Source: an uncultured Spirochaetota bacterium (GTDB taxonomy: Bacteria; Spirochaetota; Spirochaetia; SZUA-6; Fen-1364). Taken from it: 64,000 bases of DNA. The first letter of the stretch is position 1, and each line of letters begins with the position of its first letter. The stretch is from contig CAWAHW010000002.1 of NCBI GenBank assembly GCA_963781885.1, positions 1,248,001-1,312,000 on the forward strand, in the 5' to 3' direction. Of this stretch, positions 28,318-38,628 are shown one piece after another. A program made the translations under genes and the position numbers. Under the pieces are notes generated by a model. The model did no database searches, was not told the DNA's origin, and saw nothing but the letters and a program-made list of their open reading frames with translations.

Positions 28318-29102
28318 GCCTCAAGACCTCCGTCGACGTCGCGCGCATCCGCCGCGCCTGCCGCGTCGTGGAAAAATGCTTCCATTACCTTGCCCCGTGC
28401 GTGCGTGCGGGCATCTCCACGGAAGAGCTGGAAAGGCTCGCGGGAAGATTTCTCGACGCGCAGGGCGCCCAGGCAGCCTTGCGAGGCTTCCGCGGCTTCC
28501 CCGGCTGCATCTGCACGTCCGTCAACAACGTGGCCGCGCATGGCATCCCGACGAATCGGTTGCTGGAGCCGGGTGACGTGCTCAGCATCGACATCACGGC
28601 GAGCGTCGACGGCTGGCACGGCGATGCCGCCTGGACATATCTCGTGGGAGACGCGGACCCGGACAGGCGCAGGCTGATCCGGGGGGCATGGGCGGCGACC
28701 CTCGCCGGCATCCGCGCCGCGGTGGCCGGCAATCACATCGGCGACGTGGGCGCGGCGATCCAGGAGGCCGCGCGGAGGCACGGCTGCTCCGTGATCGAGG
28801 ACTACGTCGGACACGGCATCGGCCGCGTCATGCACGAGGACCCCATGGTGCCGAACTTCGGCTCACCTGACACGGGGCCGCGCATCGTGCCCGGCATGGT
28901 GTTCACCATCGAGCCCATCCTTACCCTCGGCAAGGCCGACGTGCACGTCTCCAGCGACGGGTGGACTCTCGTAACGAGCGACGGAAGCCTCTCCGCCCAG
29001 TTCGAGCATACGATCGCCGTTTTCCGCGACTACACGGAGGTGCTCACCTTCGCCAACCGTGATCTTTTCACCTTCACCGAGCTCCCGCCTTCTCTGGTAT
29101 AG
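28302..29102 (+). CDS. map: Type I methionine aminopeptidase
   Basis: CTSVNNVAAHGIP, GWHGD, GHGIGRVMHE, FTIEP, SAQFEHT. Confidence 0.96.
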   Translation: MDAEISLKTSVDVARIRRACRVVEKCFHYLAPCVRAGISTEELERLAGRFLDAQGAQAALRGFRGFPGCICTSVNNVAAHGIPTNRLLEPGDVLSIDITASVDGWHGDAAWTYLVGDADPDRRRLIRGAWAATLAGIRAAVAGNHIGDVGAAIQEAARRHGCSVIEDYVGHGIGRVMHEDPMVPNFGSPDTGPRIVPGMVFTIEPILTLGKADVHVSSDGWTLVTSDGSLSAQFEHTIAVFRDYTEVLTFANRDLFTFTELPPSLV

Positions 29103-29173
29103 CGTCGGAAAAGCTTTGCGGTCTTCATGCAGAATTAACCATTTGCTCGTATATTCTGGCTAGGGATGGCACC

Positions 29174-29656
29174 ATGATCAAAATTCTGTGTCTCTGCGTT
29201 CACAATTCGGCGCGCAGTCAAATGGCGGAAGAGTATGTCCGCAAGCTCGGCGGTGACATCATCGAGGTGGAAAGCGCCGGCCTGGATCCGGGCGAGCTGA
29301 ACCCCTATGTCGTGCGCGCGCTCCGTGAAGAGGGGATCGATATTTCCGGCAAGAAGACGCAATCGGTTTTCGATCTTTCGCGTGGGGGCCGCTCGTATCG
29401 CTACGTCATCACCGTCTGCTCCAAGGACGCAGCCGAACGCTGCCCGGTATTTCCCGGCAGGTCGGAGCGCCTGCACTGGCCGTTTCCTGACCCCTCGATC
29501 TTCCAGGGCACGGACGACCAGATCATGGCACAGGTGCGTGAGGTGCGGGATTCCATCAAGGCGCGGGTCCGGGCATTCGTCGCCGACGTCCGCGCCGCGG
29601 CCGAAAGCTCCTCAGCCGGGCGCCGGCGAAGCATCCATGCGCCGCTTGACAGCTGA
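29174..29656 (+). CDS. arsC: Arsenate reductase ArsC / low-molecular-weight PTP family
   Basis: CVHNSARSQMAE P-loop, TVC...ERCPVFPG, HWPFPDP. Confidence 0.88.
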   Translation: MIKILCLCVHNSARSQMAEEYVRKLGGDIIEVESAGLDPGELNPYVVRALREEGIDISGKKTQSVFDLSRGGRSYRYVITVCSKDAAERCPVFPGRSERLHWPFPDPSIFQGTDDQIMAQVREVRDSIKARVRAFVADVRAAAESSSAGRRRSIHAPLDS

Positions 29657-29674
29657 AAAAGCGGCAAGTACTGT
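29646..29674 (+). promoter_or_regulatory. Sigma70 promoter of tRNA-Thr
   Basis: TTGACA-17 bp-TACTGT. A second TTGACA at 29845 precedes tRNA-Tyr. Confidence 0.6.
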
Positions 29675-29744
29675 TTCGCCATACGACGCGACGGGGGATG
29701 AATCCGCGACAGTCGAATAAAGCGATACCTCGCAGGGATTTAAC

Positions 29745-29817
29745 GCCACCTTAGCTCAACTGGCAGAGCACGTGATTTGTAATCTCGAGGTTCTCGGTTC
29801 AAGTCCGAGAGGTGGCT
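29745..29817 (+). tRNA. tRNA-Thr (TGT), CCA not encoded
   Basis: Acceptor GCCACCT/AGGTGGC, anticodon loop TTTGTAA, T loop TTCAAGT; one T:T mismatch in the anticodon stem. Confidence 0.93.
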
Positions 29818-29976
29818 TTCGCCCATGCCGCGGCGCGTGGCTACTTGACAGAGGCGACCCGTTTTCATTATGAAATGAGGGCTCTTTGTCTTGCATAAAG
29901 TCCTTGAAAGCGGCCTCCCGCCGTCTGCTCTGCGGTCGGCTGCCGGCCTTCGGTTTTGCGCTTCGCGCAAAACCTT

Positions 29977-30058
29977 GGGGAGATTCCCGAGTGGTCAAAG
30001 GGGGCAGACTGTAAATCTGTTGGCTACGCCTTCGAAGGTTCGAATCCTTCTCTCCCCA
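29977..30058 (+). tRNA. tRNA-Tyr (GTA), CCA not encoded
   Basis: Acceptor GGGGAGA/TCTCCCC, anticodon arm GCAGA-CTGTAAA-TCTGT, long variable arm, T loop TTCGAAT. Confidence 0.96.
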
Positions 30059-30060
30059 GG

Positions 30061-30091
30061 AGCCTTCTTCCCCGAGGGAAGAAGGCTTTTT
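30061..30091 (+). terminator. Rho-independent terminator after tRNA-Tyr
   Basis: AGCCTTCTTCCC-CGA-GGGAAGAAGGCT-TTTT. Confidence 0.8.
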
Positions 30092-30119
30092 CTTCGCCAG
30101 CGGCCCGATGGGAGATAGG

Positions 30120-30635
30120 ATGGAAAAGCCCGACGGTTTCGCGCGCGGCGGCCTCCGATTCGAATGCACCCGCTGCTCGCAGTGCTGCCGGTACACGCCG
30201 GGGTACGTCTTTCTCTCCCCTGCGGACGTCACGACTCTCGCCCGCCGGCATGGGCTCGGGCGTGACGATTTCCTCTCCCGCTACTGTCGCGCGGTCGACT
30301 TCGGGCTCAGCCGACGCTACAGCCTCAAGGAAAAACCCAATCTCGATTGCATATTCTGGGAAAACGGGGGATGCTCGGTGTATGTGGCAAGACCTCTGCA
30401 ATGCCGCAGCTTCCCGTTCTGGAGCGCGCTCGTCACCTCGCAGGCCGAATGGGAAAACCAGGCACGGCTGTGCCCCGGGATGGGCAAGGGGCCTCTGCAC
30501 CCGTGGGGCGAGATAAAGGAATGGCTCGAGCGGCGTTTCCAGGAAGGGTTCCTCGAAGCCGATGGAGAAGAGCAGGAGAATGAAGGTCATTTTCTGGGGC
30601 GTGCGCGGTTCTCTTCCGACCCCACTGACGCCTGA
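30120..30635 (+). CDS. YkgJ family (CxxCxxCC) cysteine cluster protein
   Basis: FECTRCSQCC, CIFW..GGCSVYVARPLQCRSFPFW, CPGMG. Confidence 0.9.
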   Translation: MEKPDGFARGGLRFECTRCSQCCRYTPGYVFLSPADVTTLARRHGLGRDDFLSRYCRAVDFGLSRRYSLKEKPNLDCIFWENGGCSVYVARPLQCRSFPFWSALVTSQAEWENQARLCPGMGKGPLHPWGEIKEWLERRFQEGFLEADGEEQENEGHFLGRARFSSDPTDA

Positions 30636-31521
30636 GCAGGTCAGGGGCAAGATCGCTGCGGTCGTCCAGCGCATCAGGCCCGGCGACCTTGAAAGCCAGA
30701 AAAGCCGGGAGCTCTTCCTCGCCGGCCTGCCGCCGTACCTTTTCGGCACGACGGGCGGCAATACGACCTGTCTGGAGGTGCGCACCGACGATGACCGGAT
30801 CATCATCATCGATGGGGGCACCGGTCTTCGGGACCTCGGCGTTTCGCTCCTGAAGAAGCGCGATCCAAGCACGGATTTCCCCATTTTCTTCACCCATTTC
30901 CACTGGGACCACCTTCAGGGAATTCCGTTTTTCGGTCCTGCCTGGATCAAAGGCAACCGCATCACCTTCGCAAGCCCCTTTCCGTCGATCGAGCGCACCA
31001 TCCGCGGGCAGATGAAGCCCCCGTATTTCCCCGTCACGATGGACGCGATGCAGGCGGAGATTCGTTTCGCTTATCTCCAGGGCGAAAGCGTGCGCGTGGG
31101 CTCGGCCGAGATACGCTGGAAACGGATGAATCATCCCGGCGGCTCGTTCGCCTACAAGATCATGGATGGCGGCAAGAGCGTCGTCTTCGCCACGGATTCG
31201 GAGGTCACCGACCGCGAGTTCCAGCAGAGGGAGGAGAACCGCGCCTTTTTCGAATCGGCAGACATCCTCATCCTCGATTCCCAGTACACCCTGGAGGAAT
31301 CCTTTTCCAAGTTCGACTTCGGCCATACCGCCTATACCATGGCCGTGAATCTCGCGATGGAGTGGAAAGTGAAGACGCTCGTTCTTTTCCACCACGAACC
31401 GCAATACGACGACCGCAAGCTCTTCGGGCTTGCCCGCAGCGCCGCCTGGCACAAGGAACAGCTCGGCAACGGCGCGCTGGACATCAGGACTGCCCAGGAA
31501 GGGCTGGAGCTCTCCCCGTGA
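30580..31521 (+). CDS. MBL-fold metallo-hydrolase
   Basis: WGVRGS, GGNTTC, DGGTG, THFHWDHLQG, NHPGG, LFHHEP. Confidence 0.92.
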   Translation: MKVIFWGVRGSLPTPLTPEQVRGKIAAVVQRIRPGDLESQKSRELFLAGLPPYLFGTTGGNTTCLEVRTDDDRIIIIDGGTGLRDLGVSLLKKRDPSTDFPIFFTHFHWDHLQGIPFFGPAWIKGNRITFASPFPSIERTIRGQMKPPYFPVTMDAMQAEIRFAYLQGESVRVGSAEIRWKRMNHPGGSFAYKIMDGGKSVVFATDSEVTDREFQQREENRAFFESADILILDSQYTLEESFSKFDFGHTAYTMAVNLAMEWKVKTLVLFHHEPQYDDRKLFGLARSAAWHKEQLGNGALDIRTAQEGLELSP

Positions 31522-31700
31522 CCGGGGTCGTTCTCTCCGATCGGGAGCAGGAAGAGATCTATATCCTTCTCAAGCCCCGCGAAGATGCACTTCCCGAGCC
31601 GCTCGAAGAGGTCCTGCGAAGGATCGAGAAGGCCCTCTTCGAGCGGCTTACAATTGAAGAAATCGAGGCGTTGGCAGCCCGCTTCGACGAAGGGCGTTGA
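31518..31700 (+). CDS. Small acidic hypothetical protein (60 aa)
   Basis: GTGA overlap with the upstream stop, GGAG RBS, helical sequence ending LFERLTIEEIE. Confidence 0.6.
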   Translation: MTGVVLSDREQEEIYILLKPREDALPEPLEEVLRRIEKALFERLTIEEIEALAARFDEGR

Positions 31701-31747
31701 TTTCCTTTTCTGGCAGGGCTATTTTGAAGTATGGCTGGGAGGTTGGA

Positions 31748-34700
31748 ATGACAAAATACTCGCGTCATGCAGTGGTCGCCGTTCTCTTTCTATTCGCTGC
31801 AGGGGCCGCAGCGTCGGCGGACAGCAGCTTTCTTGACTACACATCGCCACAATTCCTTTCCAGCGGGGAGGAATCGGCCACCGCGGAAATACCCGCGGGA
31901 ACCATTCTCAACCCAGCCATCTCCGCCGACAGGCAAAGAGTCACCTTCGATGCATCCTACATCGCGTTGACCCAGCTCACGCCTTTCGATTGGGGCGGGA
32001 ATGTCGTGAACCTTGGCCTTACGTGGCCCACCCGCGTGGGGGTGCTCACGGGCATCGCGCGATTCGCGAACGCGGGTTTCACTGGCCTGAACTGGGGAAC
32101 TCTCGGGGCCCTGAACGTGTCATTTTCAAAGGATCTCTTCCCCGAGCTGTACATCGGCGCGGGCCTCGGATTCGAGTTTGGAAGCGACTGGGGGCTCGGG
32201 CTTGACCTGGGCTTCGTGAACGTCGTGGGCAACCTCGGCTTCCTCAAGGACTTCCGATGGGGCGGCGTCATCCGCAACATGGGAAAGCCGTACCTGTATG
32301 GCACGCCCACGGGATCGCTCGGCGATCCCCCACCGTTCACGCCGGCCGTCGGTGCAAGCTTCGACGTCGTAAAGACGGACCAGCTCGTGCTTGGGTTTGC
32401 CCCGGACATCAGCTTCCCGGCATTCCAGGACGTGCGGTTCAACCTGGGCATGAGCTTCTCCGTTGCCGACCTCTTCTTCCTGACGGCGTCGTACAACTTC
32501 GATCTTCGGGAGACGTTGGGCATTGAGACCGCGCGCTCCCTGCCCATTGCATTCGGCATGTCCCTCAAGCTGAACGGCCTGGGCGCAAAGAAGGCGGCAG
32601 AAGCCGGCAGCCAGGACGTCACGGAAGTGAACACGTCGATTGCCGCCGCGCCTCTCCAGGGCGGGGTCTGGGGATTCGGCATGGGAGCGAACGTCCCGCT
32701 GGGCGTCCGCAATGTCACGCCGCCGTCGATCACCATCGATACGCAGGGGGAAAAGTACATCTCTCCCAACTTCGACGGCATCAAGGACAACCTGGACCTC
32801 GCGATCTCCATCACGGACAAGAGGTACGTCAAGGGCTACAGCTTCGTGGTCACCGATTCCACGGGCGCGGTCGTGAGGACGATCCAGAACAAGGAGGACC
32901 GGCCGGAGAACGTCGATTTCAAGAACATCATCGCCCGCCTGGCGTACGTAAAGACGGGGATCACCGTGCCCCCCTCTCTCCAGTGGGACGGCAAGTCCGA
33001 CGCCGGCACCGTCGTTCCCGACGGCACCTACCACTACCACCTGGAGGCCTGGGACGACAACAACAACCACGCAACGAGTCCCGAAGGGACCGTGGTTGTT
33101 GACACCACGCCGCCGTCGGTGAGCGTGACGGCGCCCTATCTCATCTTCTCCCCCGACGGGGACGGCAACAAGGACACCCTTCCGCTCCAGCAGACGGGTT
33201 CGGCGGAGGATGCGTGGACGGGGACGGTGCGGAACATCGCGGGGGACGTCGTGCGGACGTTCACCTGGAAGGACGGCGCTCCCCAGAGCCTCGAATGGGA
33301 CGGCAAGACGGATGCGGGAGCGCTCGCTCCGGACGGCGTGTACAGCTATCACGTCACCGCGACCGACCGCGCCGGCAACACGGGCAGCGCGCAGCTTGAC
33401 AACATCATCATCGATACGCGGCCCACACCGGTGCAGATCGCGATCGATCTGTCCTACTTCTCCCCGAATGGCGACGGCGTGAAGGACACGGTGACTTTCT
33501 CCCTCCAGGTGCCCGTGGCCACCGGCATCGAAAGCTGGAGCCTCGCCATCGCCGACGACAAAGGCGTCACGCACCGGACCTTCTCCGGCACGATCACCAT
33601 TCCGGCAACGGTGGCGTGGGACGGCAAGGACGATGCGGGAAATGCCCTCCCCGAGGGCGCCTATGTCGGGACACTCGCGGTGAGCTATGTGAATGGGAAA
33701 AATCCCCACGCCGCCTCGCCGTCCGTCACGATCGACGTCACCGCGCCGCGCGCGGCGGCAAAGGCGGAATACGACGTGTTCTCGCCGAACGGGGACGGCA
33801 ACAAGGACACCGTGACGATCTTCCAGGACACCTCTGAAGAGCTGTTCTGGACCGGGACGATGCGCAATTCCGACGGCAAGGACGTGAAGACGAACGTCTG
33901 GCGCGGCCGGGCCGACGACAAGTGGGTATGGGATGGCAAGAGCGACGACGGCACGCTCCTTCCGGACGGGCTGTACGTCTACACGCTTGCCTCGACGGAT
34001 CGCGCGGGGAATACCGGGACCTCGGCGCCGATCAACATCCGCATCGACACGGAGGCGACCCCGGTCCGCGTGTCCGCCGATCCGCCCTACTTCTCGCCCA
34101 ACGGTGACGGGGTCAAGGACAAGGTGCGCCTCATCCCCTCCCTCCGTGTGACGACAGGAGTGGATAGCTGGACCTTCCTCGTGAAGGACGCGGCGGGGAA
34201 CACCGTGCGGACATTCAGCGGCCGCGGCAAGGCACCCGACGAAACGACGTGGGACGGCATCGACGATGCCGGGAAACACGCCCCCGACGGGCAGTACACG
34301 GCCACCCTCGCGGTGAACTATGTCAATGGCAACACGCCGAAGGCCGACAGCAACCCCTTCTTCATCGACACCCATACGCCGCAGATCGACGTCTCCTCCG
34401 ACGCGCTGCTCTTCTCCCCCACGCCGGACAGCAAGCTTTCCGCGGTGACCGTCAAGCAGTCGGGTAGCGATGAAGACCTGTGGGAGGGTGAAATCCGGGG
34501 CGCCGACGGCAAGCGCATCCGCGGCTGGTTCTGGAAAGGAAAGCCGGCCGACTTCACGTGGGACGGCAAGGACGACAATGGCAACCTCATGCCGGACGGA
34601 TACTATACCTACGTCGTCAAGGCGCAGAGCAAAGGCGGGAACACGACCACCAAGCAGCTCAGCGGCATCCAGATCGACACGCGGCCGACGCCCGTCTACG

Positions 34701-35743
34701 TGACGGCGAGCTCCAACGGCTTCTCGCCGAACGGCGACGGCTTCCTGGACAACATCTCCTTCACGATCCTGACGTCGGTGAAGGACGGAGTGAAGTCGTG
34801 GTCGCTCTCAATGGTCGAAGCGACAGCCGGAGAACAGAAGAGCTTTGCAGGAGCCGCACCCGTGCCCGCCTCCATGACCTGGGACGGCAAGGACAAGGGC
34901 GGCATCAACACCGCCCCCGACGGGCTGTATACGGCGGTCCTGACGGTGGAATACCTCAAGGGCAATGTGGCAACGGCGAAGTCGACGCCCTTCCGCCTGG
35001 GGGTGACATCACCCAAGGTCGACCTCACGCTCCAGGGGCTGCCGTTCTCTCCGGACAACGACGGCGTCAACGACGAGCTCACCATCGCGCTGAAGGTGGA
35101 CGACCCGGTGCCCATCGACAGCTGGGGCATCACGATCAATGACCCTGAAGGCCATCCCTTCACGAGCTTCAACGGCAAGGGCGCGCCGTCGGAGAATATC
35201 ATCTGGAACGGCCTGTCCAGCGCGGGAGAGCTCGTTCAGTCCGCCGAAGACTATTCCCTGCAGTTCACGATAAAGGACGAGCTGGGCAACGCGACGACGG
35301 TACAGAAGACAATCCCTGTCGATATCCTGGTGATCAAAGACGGGGACCAGTACAAGGTGAGGATTGCCAGCATCACCTTCCAGGCGGACACTCCGGACTA
35401 TGTCCATGTGGATTCCGACAAAGCCCAGAAGAACTCCGACACCATCAAGCGGCTGGCGGAGATCTTCAAGAAATATGCCAAATACAAGATCCAGATCGAG
35501 GGGCACGCGAACCTGGTGAACTGGAACAATCCCGCAAAAGCCAAGATCGAGCAGGAGCAGGAGCTGTTGCCGCTGTCCAAGGCGCGCGCGGACGCCATCC
35601 GCATGGCCTTGATCGCGCAGGGAATAGACCCGGCCCGCATCACCACGGTGGGCATCGGCGCGGCGAAGCCCCTCGTGCCTTTCTCCGACCAGGACAATAT
35701 CTGGAAGAACCGGAGGGTGGAGTTTGTCCTCATCCGACAGTAG
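31748..35743 (+). CDS. Large exported protein: barrel-like N-terminal domain, 8 FlgD/CHU_C-like Ig repeats, C-terminal OmpA domain
   Basis: Signal peptide; NPA motif and amphipathic beta strands; 8 repeats of FSPNGDGxKD...WDGK...DGxY; IEGHAN...LSKARA...NRRVEF. Promoter TTGATT-17-TATTTT at 31697-31725. Confidence 0.88.
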   Translation: MTKYSRHAVVAVLFLFAAGAAASADSSFLDYTSPQFLSSGEESATAEIPAGTILNPAISADRQRVTFDASYIALTQLTPFDWGGNVVNLGLTWPTRVGVLTGIARFANAGFTGLNWGTLGALNVSFSKDLFPELYIGAGLGFEFGSDWGLGLDLGFVNVVGNLGFLKDFRWGGVIRNMGKPYLYGTPTGSLGDPPPFTPAVGASFDVVKTDQLVLGFAPDISFPAFQDVRFNLGMSFSVADLFFLTASYNFDLRETLGIETARSLPIAFGMSLKLNGLGAKKAAEAGSQDVTEVNTSIAAAPLQGGVWGFGMGANVPLGVRNVTPPSITIDTQGEKYISPNFDGIKDNLDLAISITDKRYVKGYSFVVTDSTGAVVRTIQNKEDRPENVDFKNIIARLAYVKTGITVPPSLQWDGKSDAGTVVPDGTYHYHLEAWDDNNNHATSPEGTVVVDTTPPSVSVTAPYLIFSPDGDGNKDTLPLQQTGSAEDAWTGTVRNIAGDVVRTFTWKDGAPQSLEWDGKTDAGALAPDGVYSYHVTATDRAGNTGSAQLDNIIIDTRPTPVQIAIDLSYFSPNGDGVKDTVTFSLQVPVATGIESWSLAIADDKGVTHRTFSGTITIPATVAWDGKDDAGNALPEGAYVGTLAVSYVNGKNPHAASPSVTIDVTAPRAAAKAEYDVFSPNGDGNKDTVTIFQDTSEELFWTGTMRNSDGKDVKTNVWRGRADDKWVWDGKSDDGTLLPDGLYVYTLASTDRAGNTGTSAPINIRIDTEATPVRVSADPPYFSPNGDGVKDKVRLIPSLRVTTGVDSWTFLVKDAAGNTVRTFSGRGKAPDETTWDGIDDAGKHAPDGQYTATLAVNYVNGNTPKADSNPFFIDTHTPQIDVSSDALLFSPTPDSKLSAVTVKQSGSDEDLWEGEIRGADGKRIRGWFWKGKPADFTWDGKDDNGNLMPDGYYTYVVKAQSKGGNTTTKQLSGIQIDTRPTPVYVTASSNGFSPNGDGFLDNISFTILTSVKDGVKSWSLSMVEATAGEQKSFAGAAPVPASMTWDGKDKGGINTAPDGLYTAVLTVEYLKGNVATAKSTPFRLGVTSPKVDLTLQGLPFSPDNDGVNDELTIALKVDDPVPIDSWGITINDPEGHPFTSFNGKGAPSENIIWNGLSSAGELVQSAEDYSLQFTIKDELGNATTVQKTIPVDILVIKDGDQYKVRIASITFQADTPDYVHVDSDKAQKNSDTIKRLAEIFKKYAKYKIQIEGHANLVNWNNPAKAKIEQEQELLPLSKARADAIRMALIAQGIDPARITTVGIGAAKPLVPFSDQDNIWKNRRVEFVLIRQ

Positions 35744-36815
35744 CGCCCCGCCCCCGCAGGCGGGGCTTCCGCCCGCCGAGGCGCCAAGACGCACCGGAAG
35801 GTCCCGCCGACGACTGTACGTCGTCGGCGGGACCGTTCTAGGGGTCGTCCTGGTGGCAGCTGCGGTCTTTCTTTTCATGAACTCAAGCCCCGGCGCGGGC
35901 CCTGACAGCCGCGTCTTTACCATCGGCCGGGGGGAGAACCTGTCCGGCATCAGCCGGGACCTGAAGAGCCAGGGTTTCATCCGCTCGGCGCCCCTCCTTG
36001 GAGCCATCGGACGGCTGCTGGGCACGCAAGGCGTGTTCAAGGCAGGCTCTTACACCATTCCGCGGCACGCGACGATGTTTTCCATCCATAACCTGCTTGT
36101 CCGGGGCTCGCGTACGATAGAGAAGGTGACGATTCCTGAAGGCTGGACGTCGGGCAAGATCGCCCGGCATCTTGAGGCCCTGGGCATCTGCACGGCGGCG
36201 GACTTCCTGGCCGCCATCAGGTCACCGGCCCTCCTGGCGCGCTACGGTGTGACCGGCGGCACGATGGAGGGGTATCTTTTTCCCGACACGTATTTCGTGC
36301 CCAAGCCGTTTCCCGCCGATTCGCTCGTTGACGTGATGGCAGGCACCTTTTTCACGAATCTGGCAAAGATCGAGCCGGGTTGGAAGGAAAAGGGCCCCAA
36401 GGGCATGCACGACACGGTGATCCTTGCGTCGATCGTGGAGCGGGAATATCAGGTTGACGAGGAGGCGCCGGTGATCGCATCGGTGTTCAACAACAGGCTG
36501 GCGCGGAACATTGGGCTTGAATCATGTGCCACGCTTGAATATATTATCACGGAGATCCAGCAAAAGGCACACCCGGAGTATATTACTCTTGATGATGAGA
36601 AGATCGACTCACCGTACAATACGTACAAGTGGGCAGGTTTGCCCCCCGGGCCGATCTCGAATCCCGGCAGAACCGCATTGGAGGCTGCATTCCACCCGGC
36701 GCGCACCGATTACCTGTACTTCGTCCTCATGGACCCGCAGGCGGGGCGGCACTTTTTCTCGCGGAACCTGAACGAGCACAACCAGGCGAAGTACCTCTAT
36801 CTGAAGAAACCGTAG
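35724..36815 (+). CDS. mltG: Endolytic transglycosylase MltG
   Basis: VTIPEGW, EGYLFPDTY, LASIVERE, SPYNTY..GLPPGPISNPG; start uncertain. Confidence 0.95.
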   Translation: MSSSDSSAPPPQAGLPPAEAPRRTGRSRRRLYVVGGTVLGVVLVAAAVFLFMNSSPGAGPDSRVFTIGRGENLSGISRDLKSQGFIRSAPLLGAIGRLLGTQGVFKAGSYTIPRHATMFSIHNLLVRGSRTIEKVTIPEGWTSGKIARHLEALGICTAADFLAAIRSPALLARYGVTGGTMEGYLFPDTYFVPKPFPADSLVDVMAGTFFTNLAKIEPGWKEKGPKGMHDTVILASIVEREYQVDEEAPVIASVFNNRLARNIGLESCATLEYIITEIQQKAHPEYITLDDEKIDSPYNTYKWAGLPPGPISNPGRTALEAAFHPARTDYLYFVLMDPQAGRHFFSRNLNEHNQAKYLYLKKP

Positions 36816-36819
36816 GGGT

Positions 36820-38628
36820 ATGAGGATACCAGAGAGCACGCTCTCGGAGATACGGGATCGCGTCGACATCGCGGAGGTGGTGGGAGAGCACGTCGCGCTG
36901 CAGCGCAAGGGGGGACGCTACTGGGGGCTGTGCCCGTTTCACCAGGAGAAATCGCCCTCCTTCACTGTGACGCCGGACAAGGGGGTGTTCTACTGCTTCG
37001 GCTGCCACAAGGGCGGCACGGTTTTCGACTTCGTCATGGAGGTCGAAAAGATCGACTGGCGGGACGCCGTGGAAGTCCTTGCGAAAAAGGCGGGGATCGA
37101 GATACCGCATGAGGAGGAGGATCAGGGCGGGGTCAAGCGGGATACGTTCTTCGAGCTCTATCGGAGGGTCGCCGGCAGCTTCCATTGGCTCCTGCTCGCG
37201 CCTGCCGGGGAGAGCGCGTTGCGATACCTGCGGCAGAGGGGCGTGAGCGCGGAGACGATGGAGTCCTTTCAGCTCGGATACGCGCCGCCCGATCGGGAAT
37301 GGCTTTTCAAGTTCCTGACCTCGAAAAGCTATTCACCGGAGTTTCTCGCCAGGATCGGGCTTTTCATGGATACGGCGCGGGGAAAGGGATCGCTCTTCGC
37401 GGACCGCATCATGTTCCCGATCAGCAATGCGCGCGGAGAGATACTGGCATTCGGAGGGAGGTCACTCGGCGATGCCCAGCCGAAATACCTGAACTCCCCC
37501 GAGACTGCCTATTTTCGCAAAGGGGAGAATCTCTTCGGGATGGACAAGGCCGCAGCGGCCATTCGTGCGGCCGGTGTCGCCATCGTCGTGGAAGGGTACA
37601 TGGACGTGATGGCGATGCATCAGGCGGGGTGGGCAAATTGCGTGGCGCCGCTGGGCACGGCGCTCACGGAGAGGCAGGTGCGCCTGCTTCGGCGTTATGC
37701 CTCCCGCGTGCTGCTGCTTTTCGACGGCGACGCGGCGGGACAGAAGGCGAGCGAACGCGCCATTGAGATGCTCGAGCGCCAGGACCTTTTTGTCCAGGTC
37801 GTCGAGCTCCCCGGCGGGCAGGATCCCGCCGATTTTGTGCAAAAAGGGGAGGTCCCGCAGCTGCGCGCTATCGTGGAAAAGCCTCACGACAGCTTTCCGT
37901 GGCTCCTGGGAAAGGCCCTGGAGGGACGGGACAGAAACCGGGCGGAAGAGAGGGAAGGCATCCGTGATCGCCTTTTCCCTTTCATCGCGGCCCCGGCGTC
38001 CCAGCTCCGCAAGGACGGCTACCTGACCCAGCTCGCGGAAAGCCTTGCCGCGGACGTGCAGGTCGTGAGGGACGATTTTGCGGCCTGGCAGGGCCGCGGC
38101 AGGTTCGGCGGCCATCGGCCTGGCCGGGCCGAGCAGGAGACGGAGGAACGGAGCATCGAAACGCGCCGGCTGCGCCAGGGGGCGATGTCCACGGACCTTT
38201 TTCTCATGCTCGCGGTCGCGGCCAACCAGGCGCTCTTCCAGGAGGTGCGCAAGGGGGGCATTGGGCTTTCCGACCTCGAAGACGAGAGGGCACGGACCCT
38301 CTTCGTCGCGTTGGAAGAGGCGTTTCGGGCGGACGAGCAGGGTTTTGAGGCGGTCTGCGAAAGGATCGAGGACGCCGACCTGCGGGACCTCGCGATCCGC
38401 AAGGTCTCGAGCGGAGAGTTTGAGTTGAATCAGGAGCGGATGGTGTCGGACGGCGTCAAGCGCATCAGACGGCGGACGCTCGAGAAGAAGGCAGACCTGC
38501 TGATGGCGGAGATGCGCAAGGCGGACCGGGAAGGCTGCGACGCGGTCCGGATGGAAGAGCTCCTGACGGAAAAAAAGTACCTTGACGGCGAGCTTGAAAG
38601 ACTGAAAACGGGGGCGGCACGGGCTTGA
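36820..38628 (+). CDS. dnaG: DNA primase
   Basis: [37 protein letters not shown]. Confidence 0.98.
   Translation: MRIPESTLSEIRDRVDIAEVVGEHVALQRKGGRYWGLCPFHQEKSPSFTVTPDKGVFYCFGCHKGGTVFDFVMEVEKIDWRDAVEVLAKKAGIEIPHEEEDQGGVKRDTFFELYRRVAGSFHWLLLAPAGESALRYLRQRGVSAETMESFQLGYAPPDREWLFKFLTSKSYSPEFLARIGLFMDTARGKGSLFADRIMFPISNARGEILAFGGRSLGDAQPKYLNSPETAYFRKGENLFGMDKAAAAIRAAGVAIVVEGYMDVMAMHQAGWANCVAPLGTALTERQVRLLRRYASRVLLLFDGDAAGQKASERAIEMLERQDLFVQVVELPGGQDPADFVQKGEVPQLRAIVEKPHDSFPWLLGKALEGRDRNRAEEREGIRDRLFPFIAAPASQLRKDGYLTQLAESLAADVQVVRDDFAAWQGRGRFGGHRPGRAEQETEERSIETRRLRQGAMSTDLFLMLAVAANQALFQEVRKGGIGLSDLEDERARTLFVALEEAFRADEQGFEAVCERIEDADLRDLAIRKVSSGEFELNQERMVSDGVKRIRRRTLEKKADLLMAEMRKADREGCDAVRMEELLTEKKYLDGELERLKTGAARA

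Noticed and set aside
29174-29656. Arsenic resistance island
   Set aside because: Lone ArsC/LMW-PTP gene with no arsR, arsB/acr3 or mobility genes.
29781-29787. T:T mismatch in the tRNA-Thr anticodon stem as a sign of a pseudo-tRNA
   Set aside because: All other arms and conserved bases are intact and the gene has a good promoter; single mismatches occur in functional tRNAs.
29952-29974. Perfect hairpin GGTTTTGCGC-TTC-GCGCAAAACC before tRNA-Tyr as a separate ncRNA
   Set aside because: Too short; more simply a precursor leader structure.
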